Assembly (NCBI GenBank): GCA_964016885.1
Contig: OZ024761.1
Coordinates: 18,166,001-18,230,000, forward strand
DNA: 64,000 bases
From: Eledone cirrhosa
Lineage: Eukaryota
Direction of reading: 5' to 3'
The notes below the pieces were generated by a model. The model was not told the DNA's origin. It searched no databases and was given only the letters and a program-made list of their open reading frames with translations. This document shows positions 51,917-64,000 of the stretch, piece by piece. Position 1 is the stretch's first letter. The number at the start of each line of letters is the position of its first letter. The position numbers were made by a program, and so were the translations under genes.

Positions 51917-54900
51917 ATACATATATATTTATACACACATACAAATATATATATTTCTATGAGTCACGGTTTATTACACATTGGAGACAGAGTGAGAGAT
52001 TTAGCTGTCATTTTTAGCAGATTTAGAAACTTCGCAAACGCTTTATTTTTTTCTTATTGCCGGTACTCTGAACACGATTTGAAATGACTGGAGTGAGTTT
52101 ATAAAAGGGTAAACTGAAATAGTTGCACCGGTAATATATTTAGTGTTACACCGGTATTTTTGAAACAATCTCTTTTCGCATTCGCTTGTAAGAGGTAACG
52201 TTTTCTATGCCGTCTCTGTTAGTGTAGAACTGTAGGTTGACTTGCTTGGTTTTTACAACTCTTTGTCAACATGCATATTATTATTATATACTTACAAACA
52301 CACTTACATATATATTTATACACATATAGGATTTTACTAAGTTTTTATTCTTTCTAATGTGAAGAGATAGAAATAAGTTTAAACTAAAGTATAACGATAT
52401 AACAGTATATAATAGTTTTCTCCACTTTATTGAGATGCAAACGTTTTAAAGAAAAAACATGACAGTATAAGAAATATTTACTATCATAATATATAATATT
52501 TCAGGTAGTATGGTCGTTTCTCTTATCTTCCATCTAGTTGTAGATTCTTCATATCCTCTCTAGCCATAATTATGTCGTCGACATATGCATAAGTTTGATT
52601 TCTTCTTGAATGAATTGCAAATCTTGAGGTAGCCTTCTTGGTACATTTATTAGCTTTAATTCGTGTTTACACTGCTTGTAATAATTCTTACGTTTTTTAC
52701 TTTGGATGAAACATATATATGAAAACGTCTGACTTTAGTATACCTTTAAGTTTGATTTCAATAGAAAAATACTTACTGAACATGTGTAACACAATTATAA
52801 CTGGAGCTACTAAGTTTCTAGCCACTAGAAAATCTATTTGATAGAAGTTATTTCCTAGTTCTATGCACTGTCAATATCCCCTCTACTTTTTATATGCTTG
52901 TTTGTTAAAGAAACATTCTCTGATTTAGAAACCACGATCTTCTCGCACCATCGTTGTAGTAATTCTTGTTAGATGTTTTGTCTGGTCTATTGTCAATAAG
53001 TGGCCTTGTTTTCTGATTATTAATAAAGTTAAGTGGTCTACTGAATTGTCTAAATTATTGCCTATTTATAAGTTTTGTTTAACTGCCGATAACTTTAAAA
53101 TCTATTTCTTAGGTTGCTAAGGCCTACAAACCTTATATCAGTGTCCCTTCTTTTGACACTTTCTACGAGTGAATCCTTAAATTGACATTTTATTTTGGGT
53201 TGTACTGCCTTATCCCACCTATAACAGCTTGAAGCAGATATAGTAAAAACAGGTACTTGACTGTGGAGATTAATATGAGTTAGATTGAACAAACCTCAAC
53301 AATTATATTCAACATTACAGAAGAAAAAGGAATTATAAGTAAAGTGCAAAATTAACGTTTAAAGACAAAAGTATTTCTCTTTCTCTCTGGCAAAATAAAT
53401 CAGCTGTTTTTAGACCTGGAGGAGGGGAGGATTGACTCAGTCAGGTTTAAGTGCCCATATGACGGTAATTACGGCACCCCTACAACAACAGTTAAATGTC
53501 TATAACCACCACGCATTTATGAGACTAAAAACCTTGATAGTGTATTTTTATTTTGGTACAAAAGTTTTTTAAATAATTTCATCAGTTTTAAATTCAAGTA
53601 AGTCCAATATAATGTATTTAAACGAATCTAGAGATAGGATTTCAATATCTGCCAGAGCTTATGAAATAGTAAAACAATTTTTTTTTTTCAATTATGTCAA
53701 ATACCAAAAGTTGTTCTTTATTAAAGAAATGCTAAAATAGATTTAGTTAGTATGACTCTGAAATGTGTTCATAAACGGTAATGTTATGTTTTCCTTAGAG
53801 CCTGTCTGTCTTACAGTATGTTTACACACAATACATACATGCATATACATAAATTAATTGTTTATTAGCTATATTCATCTGTTTACACTCCTCGTAATAA
53901 TTCGAGCGGTTTTGTTTTTGTTTTTTCTTCAGGAGAGACGTAGATAGAAAAACGTTTGTGTCTTTAGTATTGCTTATTTTTAAGTTTTGTTTAATTGCCG
54001 ATAAATTTGAAATATATTTGTTAGGTTTCTTAGAACTACAAATCTTTCTTATGACACTTACTACGGAATAAATTCTTAGCTGGATACTTTACTTTGTGAT
54101 TACTTTCCTCCCAAAGCCATAACAGCTTGAATGAGATGTAGCAAAAACTTGTGAAGACTGACATGAGTTATGTTGAATATAAGTGTAGACATAAAATATT
54201 TTTGTTTATTCAATCTAAAGGGAAGGCAAAAGAATTATAAGTCAAGTGCAAAATTAACGTTTAAAGGTATAAGAAAGGTATCTCGCTTTCTCTCCTGTAA
54301 AATAAATAGGCTGTTTTTAGTCCAGGAGGATGGGAGGATTGACTCAGTCAGATTTAAATGCACACATGACGGTAAATACGACAGTCCTACAACAACAGTT
54401 AAGTGTCTATAACAACCATGCATTTAAGAGACTGAAAACCTTACTAATTTGTTTTTATTTTGGTACATGAAAACAAAATTTAAAAACAAATTATATATTT
54501 AATTTCATGTAAGTCAAATACAATGTATTTAAATGAATCTACAGATGGAGTTGCAATATCTGCCAGGACTTTGGAAATAGTGAAATATATAAAAATGTTT
54601 AATTAAAACTACTTTTCAAAGGAATAATAAAGATATATACACACACACACATCTCTAGTGGAGATATTTCTGAGATTGGAAACCCTATCGATGTATGTAT
54701 TTTGTCACTATAAAGTTATCAAAAAATTATTATTATATATACATGTTTGCGTTTTTGACGTAAGTAAAATATGAGGTGTTCGATACCTGCCAGAGCTTAT
54801 GAAATAGTAAAAGAATATTTTTCTCTTTTCAATTATGTCAAACATCGTATGTAGTTCTTTATTAAAGAAATGCTAAAATAGATTTAAATATATGAAATTT

Positions 54901-57007
54901 GCACAGTATAATTACGGCCGCTTGGCGGGCGTCTGGTAAAGTGGTGGTAGTGTAGGTTCGAGCGGAGGGGGAACTAGAAGGGTGGCTTCGAGATGATCGT
55001 GGCCCCGGGTATCCCAGAAGATAGAGACCAATATTTAAAATTAAAAAAATAAAAATGTTTTATATTTAAGATAAAGTAGAAGATCGAAACCCTATCTCCA
55101 AATCTATACACACTCAATTAATGCATAGATACACCACAACTACCCACACGACCACCTACAGACCAACAATTACGGAGTGAAAATAAACACATTTAAAGCT
55201 ATTTTATTGTTAGACTAAAAATAAGTTTATATATGTAAATATTCAAAAGAAAATCACTTCAGTCTTTATAGTCTAGTGGTAAAACATAGGACTGGGGAAT
55301 GCCTTGTTTGGATTTCGAATCAACTTAAAACATTAATTTTTTTTATCCTCACACTGTAAGGAATTTGTTTGATTTGAACACGTAGTCATACCATTTACAG
55401 CTTTATTTTTCTCTTTCTAGTGGTAACACAGTCAGCATATAAGTAAACGTGATTCACTTCAACACGTTGCCATACCATTTAAAACTTTATTTGGAGATGA
55501 GACAAAGACACATAAATACACCAAGTAGTAAACCCTTGATTTAACTTACTATGAAGATGAAGAATGTCTTAATATCAAAGTGACGTTAAATTTAGGGGCC
55601 ACTTTCATCGTTTTTAATTTACAGAAACTCCTTAATATAACACAATATACAAGATATATATATCAGAAGGAATATTTTTTATTTTCTTGTTCCGTCAAAC
55701 CTTGCGTTTATTCTACACACACACACACGTCGAAACACTTGCTTGAGGTGGCTTTCTTAGACATAATGAGAAGTGTTGGCTTTGTGGAGATTGATACAAC
55801 TTTGGGTGATGTTACGAGGAGGGGCAAAGCTATAGAGAGTGTCTTAGTGGAAGAGATGATATCAGAGCAGTAACCACCAAAGAGATGAAATTAGTGACTG
55901 AGATGCTATCATTGCATAGTTAAGAACATATATAACAAACATATACTATAAATTTAACAAGTCAAACTACAGTTATACTCTAACACGGAAGACAAATAAA
56001 ACTTTACCTCTCTCATGCACGTCGTATCCAGTGTGTTGTTATAAGAAAACCGGTGAAACACTAAATATGCCACCAGTGTAGCGATTTTATACTCTCTCTC
56101 TCTCTCTGCTTCATCGTACCACCCAGTAACATGAAACTGTGTTCAAATCCCTGGGAGGTAGAATTACGTCGCTTTAAATAAACACACTGGGGTCAGTTTG
56201 AATATTGATTTCATGTGAAAAATATAAACATATTATGATTGTACTCCGAACTATCAATATTGAAACAATTTTAATGTGCCAATAAAATTTATATATATAT
56301 ACAGCAACAGTGTTTTCGATCTTTCTTACTTTTTTTATTCACATTCTACAGTCACTTTAACTCTGTAATAAAACCCAACACGAGACGAACGTTAACTGCA
56401 GTTACCCACGAAATTAACGCACACACAAATGAATATACTACCAAAATGTATTTAAAATAAAAAAATAAATACTTAAATTCAATGTATGTATAATTACACA
56501 TACAATATGTTTTGTTGTAAGACCCTAAATAATGATTTAAGAAATGATGTCAATCTCTTTGTACAGAGATAAACATTAATTTATGTGTGTGCGTATATAC
56601 TCCATTTAAGACAGCGAAAAAAACCAGTACCTCCTTCGAAGAATGCCAAATAGCTTATGCCTCAGGTATACCGGTGTAACACTAATTAAGTTACCGGTGT
56701 AGATATTTCAGTTGAACCGTGCTTCAACAAACTACCCGGTAATTTGAAATCGAGTTTAGAGTGAGGGGGTGTAAAACAGAATTCTGTTTGGAAAATAGTA
56801 AATTCTAAACCTGCTAGAAACAGCCAAATGTCGTACTTTGGGTGCGACTCGTCTTACCTCTTCTAATATATATATATATATATAAATAAATATATATATA
56901 TGTGTGTGTGTAGATTCACAGGTCGCGTCGGAGAGAAACCACAATAAATACAATGTACTCAATAGATTGGCACAGTATATATGTGTGTGTGTGTGTACAT
57001 ATAAATA

Positions 57008-57038
<31 letters not shown>

Positions 57039-57143
57039 GTATAAATGTATATATACATATAAATACTTATATATATACATAAACATATGTATACATACAC
57101 ACATATATAGATATATATGTGTGTATATATATATATCTGTGTG

Positions 57144-57210
<67 letters not shown>

Positions 57211-57610
57211 TGTGTGTGTGTGTGTGTATACATATATATTACTTTCACTGTTCTTTCTAGCATAAAAAAGAAAAACCGGAAGGGTAGAAAATTGAAAAAC
57301 TTCTTCTTTTTCCCTCCTCTAACTTTTCAAACAAAAGGAAATTTTATGTAAACAAAAACGAAATTTTTGCCAAGAAAGATAACTCTTCTCTGACTTAAAT
57401 CCAAAATTGGGATACAAAATAAATTCCGCAATTTTTTGTATCCCAATTTTGGATTTAAGTCAGAGAAGAGTTATCTTTCTTGGCAAAAATTTCGTTTTTG
57501 TTTACATAAAATTTTCTTTTGTTTGAAAAGTTAGAGGGGTGAAAAAGAAGAAGTTTTTCAATTTTCTCCACTTCCGGTTTTTTCTAGTGTATGCTAGAAA
57601 TAGCAGTCAA

Positions 57611-57655
<45 letters not shown>

Positions 57656-58150
57656 TTTTTTGTGACAATATATATTGTTTTAACGCTAGATTATTAACAA
57701 CAATATATTGTATTTGTTGGCCTATTGGACGCATAAGACGCTCACTCGATTTTTATTATATTTTACGTTGTATTTTGAGGTTTATAGGCATTTCTATGGA
57801 CCACCTACAATATTCGCGGTTTTCCACTGTTCTCGGGTTCTCTAGGACTGTAAACCCCACGAATGCCGGGGGAGGGGTAATTGTATATGAATATATCGAC
57901 TAATAATATACAGTATAATTATACGAGTATGCATATACATTGCAATATATATATACACTAATATATATACATATTTACACATATATGTACATATATATAT
58001 ATATAGACACACATGTATATATATATATGCATGTATGTATATATGTATACATATATATACATATATATATATGCATGTATGTATACATATATATATATAT
58101 ATATATATACATAGACGTGTGTGTGTGTGTGTGTGTACATTCTTAGGTAT
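51917..58150 (+). repeat. Unit 9 (variant haplotype with a unit-1-like tract)
   Basis: Anchor at 51961; ORF 55580-55873 shares the unit-1 C-terminal sequence LLEVAFLDIM...KAIESVLVEEMISEQ. Confidence 0.93.
57239..57615. repeat. 377-bp palindrome, unit 9
   Basis: Same inverted arms (common type). Confidence 0.95.
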
Positions 58151-61100
58151 ATACATATATATTTATACACACATACATACAAATATATATATTTCTATGA
58201 GTCACGGTTTATTACACATTGGAGACAGAGTGAGAGATTTAGCTGTCATTTTTAGCAGATTTAGAAACTTCGCAAACGCTTTATTTTTTTCTTACTGCCG
58301 GTACTCTGAACACGATTTGAAATGACTGGAGTGAGTTTATAAAAGGGTAAACTGAAATAGTTGCACCGGTAATATATTTAGTGTTACACCGGTATTTTTG
58401 AAACAATCTCTTTTCGCATTCGCTTGTAAGAGGTAACGTTTTCTATGCCGTCTCTGTTAGTGTAGAACTGTAGGTTGACTTTTACAACTCTTTGTCAACA
58501 TGCATATTATTATTATATACTTACAAACACACTTACATATATTATATTTATACACATATAGGATTTTACTAAGTTTTTATTCTTTCTAATGTGAAGAGAT
58601 AGAAATAAGTTTAAACTAAAGTATAATGATATAACAACAGTATATAATAGTTTTCTCCACTTTATTGAGATGCAAACGTTTTAAAGAAAAAACATGACAG
58701 TATAAGAAATAATTACTATCATAATATATAATATTTCAGGTAGTATGGTCGTTTCTCTTGTCTTCCACCTAGTTGTAGATTCTTCATGTCCTCTCTAGCC
58801 ATAATTATGTCGTCGACATATGCATAAGTTTGATTTCTTCTTGAATGAATTGCAAATCTTGAGGTAGCCTTCTTGGTACATTTATTAGCTTTAATTCGTG
58901 TTTACACTGCTTGTAATAATTCTTACGTTTTTGACTTTAGATGAAACATATATATGAAAACGTCTGTGGCTTTAGTATACCTTTAAGTTTGATTTCAATA
59001 GAAAAATACTTACTGAACATGTGTAACGCAATTATAACTGGAGCTACTAAGTTCCTAGCCACTAGAAAATCTATTTGATAGAAGTTATTTCCTAGTTCTA
59101 TGCACTGTCAATATCCCCTCTACTTTTTATATACTTGTGTTTGTTAAAGAAACATTCTCTGATTTAGAAACCACGATCTTCTCGCACCATCGTTGTAGTA
59201 ATTCTTGTTAAATGTTTTGTCTGGTCTATTGTCAATAAGTGGCCTTGTTTTCTGATTATTAATAAAGTTGAGTGGTCTACTGAATTGTCTAAATTATTGC
59301 CTATTTATAAGTTTTGTTTAACTGCCGATAACTTTAAAATCTATTTCTTAGGTTGCTAAGGCCTACAAACCTTATATCAGTGTCCCTTCTTTTGACACTT
59401 TCTACGAGTGAATGCTTAAATTGACATTTTATTTTGGGTTGTACTGCCTTATCCCACCTATAACAGCTTGAAGCAGATATAGTAAAAACAGGTACTTGAC
59501 TGTGGAGATTGATATGAGTTAGATTGAACAAACCTCAACAATTATATTCAACATAACAGAAGAAAAAGGAATTATAAGTAAAGTGCAAAATTAACGTTTA
59601 AAGACAAGAAAAGTATTTCTCTTTCTCTCTGGCAAAATAAATCAGCTGTTTTTAGACCTGGAGGAGGGGAGGATTGACTCAGTCAGGTTTAAATGCCCAC
59701 ATGATGGTAATTACGGCACCCCTACAACAACAGTTAAATGTCTATAACCACCACGCATTTATGAGACTAAAAACCTTGATAGTGTATTTTTATTTTGGTA
59801 CAAAAGTTTTTTAAATAATTTCATCAGTTTTAATTCAAGTAAGTCCAATATAATGTATTTAAACGAATCTAGAGATAGGATTTCAATATCTGTCAGAGCT
59901 TATGAAATAGTAAAACAATTTTTTTTTTTTTTTCTTCATTTATGTCAAATACCATGAGTTGTTCTTTATTAAATAAATGCTAAAATAGATTTAGTTAGTA
60001 TGACTCTGAAATGTGTTCAGAAACGGTAATGTTATGTTTTCCTTAGAGCCTGTCTGTCTTACAGTATGTTTACACACAATACATATACATAAATTAATTG
60101 TTTATTAGCTATATTCTTCTGTTTACACTCCTCGTAATGATTCGAGCGGTTTTGTTTTTGTTTTTTCTTCAGGAGAGACGTAGATAGAAAAACGTTTGTG
60201 GCTTTAGTATTGCTTATTTTTAAGTTTTGTTTAATTGCCGATAAATTTGAAATATATTTGTTAGGTTTCTTAGAACTACAAATCTTTCTTATGACACGTA
60301 CTACGGAATAAATTCTTAGCTGGATACTTTACTTTGTGATTACTTTCCTCCCAAAGCCATAACAGCTTGAATCAGATGTAGCAAAAACTTGTGAAGACTG
60401 ACATGAGTTATGTTGAATATAAGTGTAGACGTAAAATATTTTTGTTTATTCAATCTAAAGGGAAGGAGAAAGAATTTTAAGTCAAGTGCAAAATTAACGT
60501 TTAAAGGCATAAGAAAGGTATCTCGCTTTCTCTCCTGTAACATAAATAGGCTGTTTTTAGACCAGGAGGATGGGAGGATTGACTCAGTCAGATTTAAATG
60601 TACACATGACGGTAAATACGACAGCCCTACAACAACAGTTAAGTGTCTATAACAACCATGCATTTAAGAGACTGAAAACCTTACGAATTTGTTTATATTT
60701 TGGTACATGAAAACAAAATTTAAAAACAAATTATATATTTAATTTCATGTAAGTCAAATACAATGTATTTAAATGAATCTACAGATGGAGTTGCAATATC
60801 TGCCAGGACTTTGAAATAGTGAAATATATAAAAATGTTTAATTAAAACTACTTTTCAAAGGAATAATAAAGATATATACACACACACACACATCTCTAGT
60901 GGAGATATTTCTGAGATTGGAAACCCTATCGATGTATGTATTTTGTCACTGTAAAGTTATCAAAAAATTATTATTATATATACATGTTTGCGTTTTTGAC
61001 GTAAGTAAATTATGAGGTGTTCGATACCTGCCAGAGCTTATGAAATAGTAAAAGAATATTTTTCTCTTTTCAATTATGTCAAACATCGTATGTAGTTCTT

Positions 61101-63248
61101 TATTAAAGAAATGCTAAAATAGATTTAAATATATGAAATTTGCACAGTAGAATTACGGCCGCTTGGCGGGCGTCTGGTAAAGTGGTGGTAGTGTAGGTTC
61201 GAGCGGAGGGGGAACTAGAAGGGTGGCTTCGAGATGATCGTGGCCCCGGGTATCCCAGAAGATAGAGACCAATATTTAAAATAAAAAAAATAAAAATGTT
61301 TTATATTTAAGATAAAGTAGAAGATCGAAACCCTATCTCCAAATCGATACACACTGAATTGATGCATAGATACACCACAACTATCCACACGGCTACCTAC
61401 AGACCAACAAATACGGAGTGAAAATAAACACATTTAAAGCTATTTTATTGTTAGACTAAAAATAAGTTTATATATGTAAATATTCAAAAGAAAATCACTT
61501 AAGTCTTTATAGTCTAGTGGTAAGACATAGGACTGGGGAATGCCGTAGTTGGATTTCGAATCAACTTAAAACATTAACTTTTTTTATCCTCACACTGTAA
61601 GGAATTTGCTTGATTTGAACACGTAGTCATACCATTTGAAGCTTTATTTTTCTCTTTCTAGTCGTAACACAGTCAGCATATAAATAAACGTGATTCACTT
61701 CAACACGTTGCCATACCATTTAAAACTTTATTTGGAGATGAGACAAAGACACATAAATACACCAAGTAGTAAACCCTTGATTGAACTTACTATGAAGATG
61801 AAGAATGTCTGTTAATATCAAAGTGACGTTAAATTTAGGTGTCACTTTCATTGTTTTTAATTTACAGAAACACCTTAATATAATACAATGTACAAGATAT
61901 ATATATTAGAAGGAATATTTTTTATTTTCTTGTTTCGTCAAACCTTGCGTTTATTCTACACACACACACGTCGAAACACTTGCTTAAGGTGGCTTTCTTA
62001 GAGATAATGAGAAGTGTTGGCTTGGTGGAGATTGATACAACTTTGGGTGATGTTACGAGGAGAGGCAAGGCTATGGAGAGTGTCTTAGTGGAAGAGATGA
62101 CATCAGAGCAGTAACCTCCAAAGAGATGAAATTAGTGACTGAGATGCTATCATTGCATAGTTAAGAATATATATAACAAACATATACTATAAATTTAACA
62201 AGTCAAACTACAGTTATACTCTAACACGGAAGACAAATAAAACTTTACCTCTCTCATGCACGTCGTATCCAGTGTGTTGTTATAAGAAAACCGGTGAAAC
62301 ACTAAATATGCCACCAGTGTAGCGATTTTATACTCTCTCTCTGCTTCATCGTACCACCCAGTAACATGAAACTGTGTTCAAATCCCTGGGAGGTAGAATT
62401 TCGTCGCTTTAAAATAAACACACTGGGGTCAGTTTGAATATTGATTTCATGTGAAAAATATATACATATTATGATTGTACTCCGAACTATCAATATTGAA
62501 ACAATTTTAATGTGCCAATAAAATTTATATATATCTATACAGCAACAGTGTTTTCGATCTTTCTTACTTTTTTTATTCACACTCTACAGTCACTTTAACT
62601 CTGTAATAAAACCCAACACGAGACGAACGTTAACTGCAGTTACCCACGAAATTAACGCACACACAAATGAATATATATATATACTACTAAAATGTATGTA
62701 AAATTAAAAAATAAATACTTAAATTCAATGTATGTATAATTACACATACAATACGTTTTGTTGTAAAACCCTAAATAATAATTTAAGAAATGATGTTAAT
62801 CTCTTTGTACAGAGATAAACATTAATTTATGTGTGTGCGTATATACACCATTTAAGACAGCGAAAAAACCAGTACCTCCTTCGAAGAATGCCAAATAGTT
62901 TATGCCTCAGGTATACCGGTGTAACACTAATTAAGTTACCGGTGTAGATATTTCAGTTGAACCGTGCTTCAACAAACTACCCGGTAATTTGAAATCGAGT
63001 TTAGAGTGAGGGGGTGTAAAACAGAATTCTGTTTGGAAAATAGTAAATTCTAAACCTGCTAGAAACAGCAGCCAAATGTCGCACTTTGGGTGCGACTCGT
63101 CTTACCTCTTCTAATATATATATGTGTGTGTGTGTGTGTGTAGATTCACAGGTCGCGTCGGAGAGAAACCACAATAAATACAATGTACTCAATAGATTGG
63201 CACAGTATATATGTGTGTGTGTGTACATATAAATATGTGTGTGTGTAT

Positions 63249-63279
<31 letters not shown>

Positions 63280-63462
63280 AATGTATATATACATATAAAT
63301 ACTTATATATATACATAAACATATGTATACATACACACATATATAGATATATATGTGTGTATATATATATATCTGTGTGTTTATTTCTCTATATATATAT
63401 ATAATTATTACTTAGGTTCTAAGGAATATTCCGCGAATGTAGGGGTTTACTCTCTCTCTCTC

Positions 63463-63510
<48 letters not shown>

Positions 63511-63890
63511 CATATATATTACTTTCACTGTTCTTTCTAGCATAAAAAAGAAAAACCGGAAGGGTAGAAAATTGAAAAACTTCTTCTTTTTCCCTCCTCT
63601 AACTTTTCAAACAAAAGATAATTTTATGTAAACAAAAACGAAATTTTTGCCAAGAAAGATAACTCTTCTCTGACTTAAATCCAAAATTGGGATACAAAAT
63701 AAATTCCGCAATTTTTTGTATCCCAATTTTGGATTTAAGTCAGAGAAGAGTTATCTTTCTTGGCAAAAATTTCGTTTTTGTTTACATAAAATTATCTTTT
63801 GTTTGAAAAGTTAGAGGAGGGAAAAAGAAGAAGTTTTTCAATTTTCTCCACTTCCGGCTTTTTCTAGTGTATGCTAGAAATAGCAGTCAA

Positions 63891-63943
<53 letters not shown>

Positions 63944-64000
63944 TTTCTTGTGACAATATATATTGTTTTAACGCTAGATTATTAACAACAATATATTGTA
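58151..64000 (+). repeat. Unit 10 (truncated by the window end)
   Basis: Anchor at 58199; its 3' part matches the unit-8 variant. Confidence 0.93.
63519..63895. repeat. 377-bp palindrome, unit 10 (same variant as unit 8)
   Basis: Same matched variants as unit 8. Confidence 0.95.

Larger units (their letters stand above)
1398..64000. repeat. Tandem array (macrosatellite) of ~6.25-kb units, about 10 copies, running off the right edge
   Basis: Anchor GAGTCACGGTTTATTACACATTGGAGACAGAG at 1451, 8133, 14367, 20627, 26874, 33118, 39396, 45673, 51961 and 58199 (periods 6682, 6234, 6260, 6247, 6244, 6278, 6277, 6288, 6238). The same ORFs recur at this period. Confidence 0.98.

Noticed and set aside
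1398-64000. Densovirus/parvovirus concatemer (about 6 kb with a terminal hairpin)
   Set aside because: No NS1 HUH or SF3 helicase motifs, no PLA2 or capsid ORF; the unit is filled with host-type microsatellites and transposon scraps.
1398-64000. rDNA, histone, 5S or snRNA gene array
   Set aside because: No recognisable sequence of these genes in the unit.

Overview
AT-rich eukaryotic DNA, probably arthropod, rich in (TA)n/(TG)n/(CA)n microsatellites. From about 1398 to the window end it is a head-to-tail array of ten ~6.23-6.29 kb units (unit 1 is 6.68 kb; unit 10 is truncated). The window captures the array's left edge, where 1-1402 is an inverted partial copy of the unit. Each unit carries: (i) a 377-bp near-perfect palindrome between microsatellite blocks, with arm variants that co-vary between units; (ii) degenerate paralogous gene relics of two families I cannot identify (family A, RVRDLAxxSSRFR, F-box-tail-like; family B); (iii) a 71-nt tRNA-like A/B-box element followed by a T-run; (iv) Tigger/pogo-like transposon ends. 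No intact, recognisable protein gene is supported; most ORF-track entries are microsatellite artefacts. Unit variants record a micro-inversion sweep, mosaic haplotype tracts and a possible two-unit higher-order repeat. All alignments and identity estimates were made by eye.
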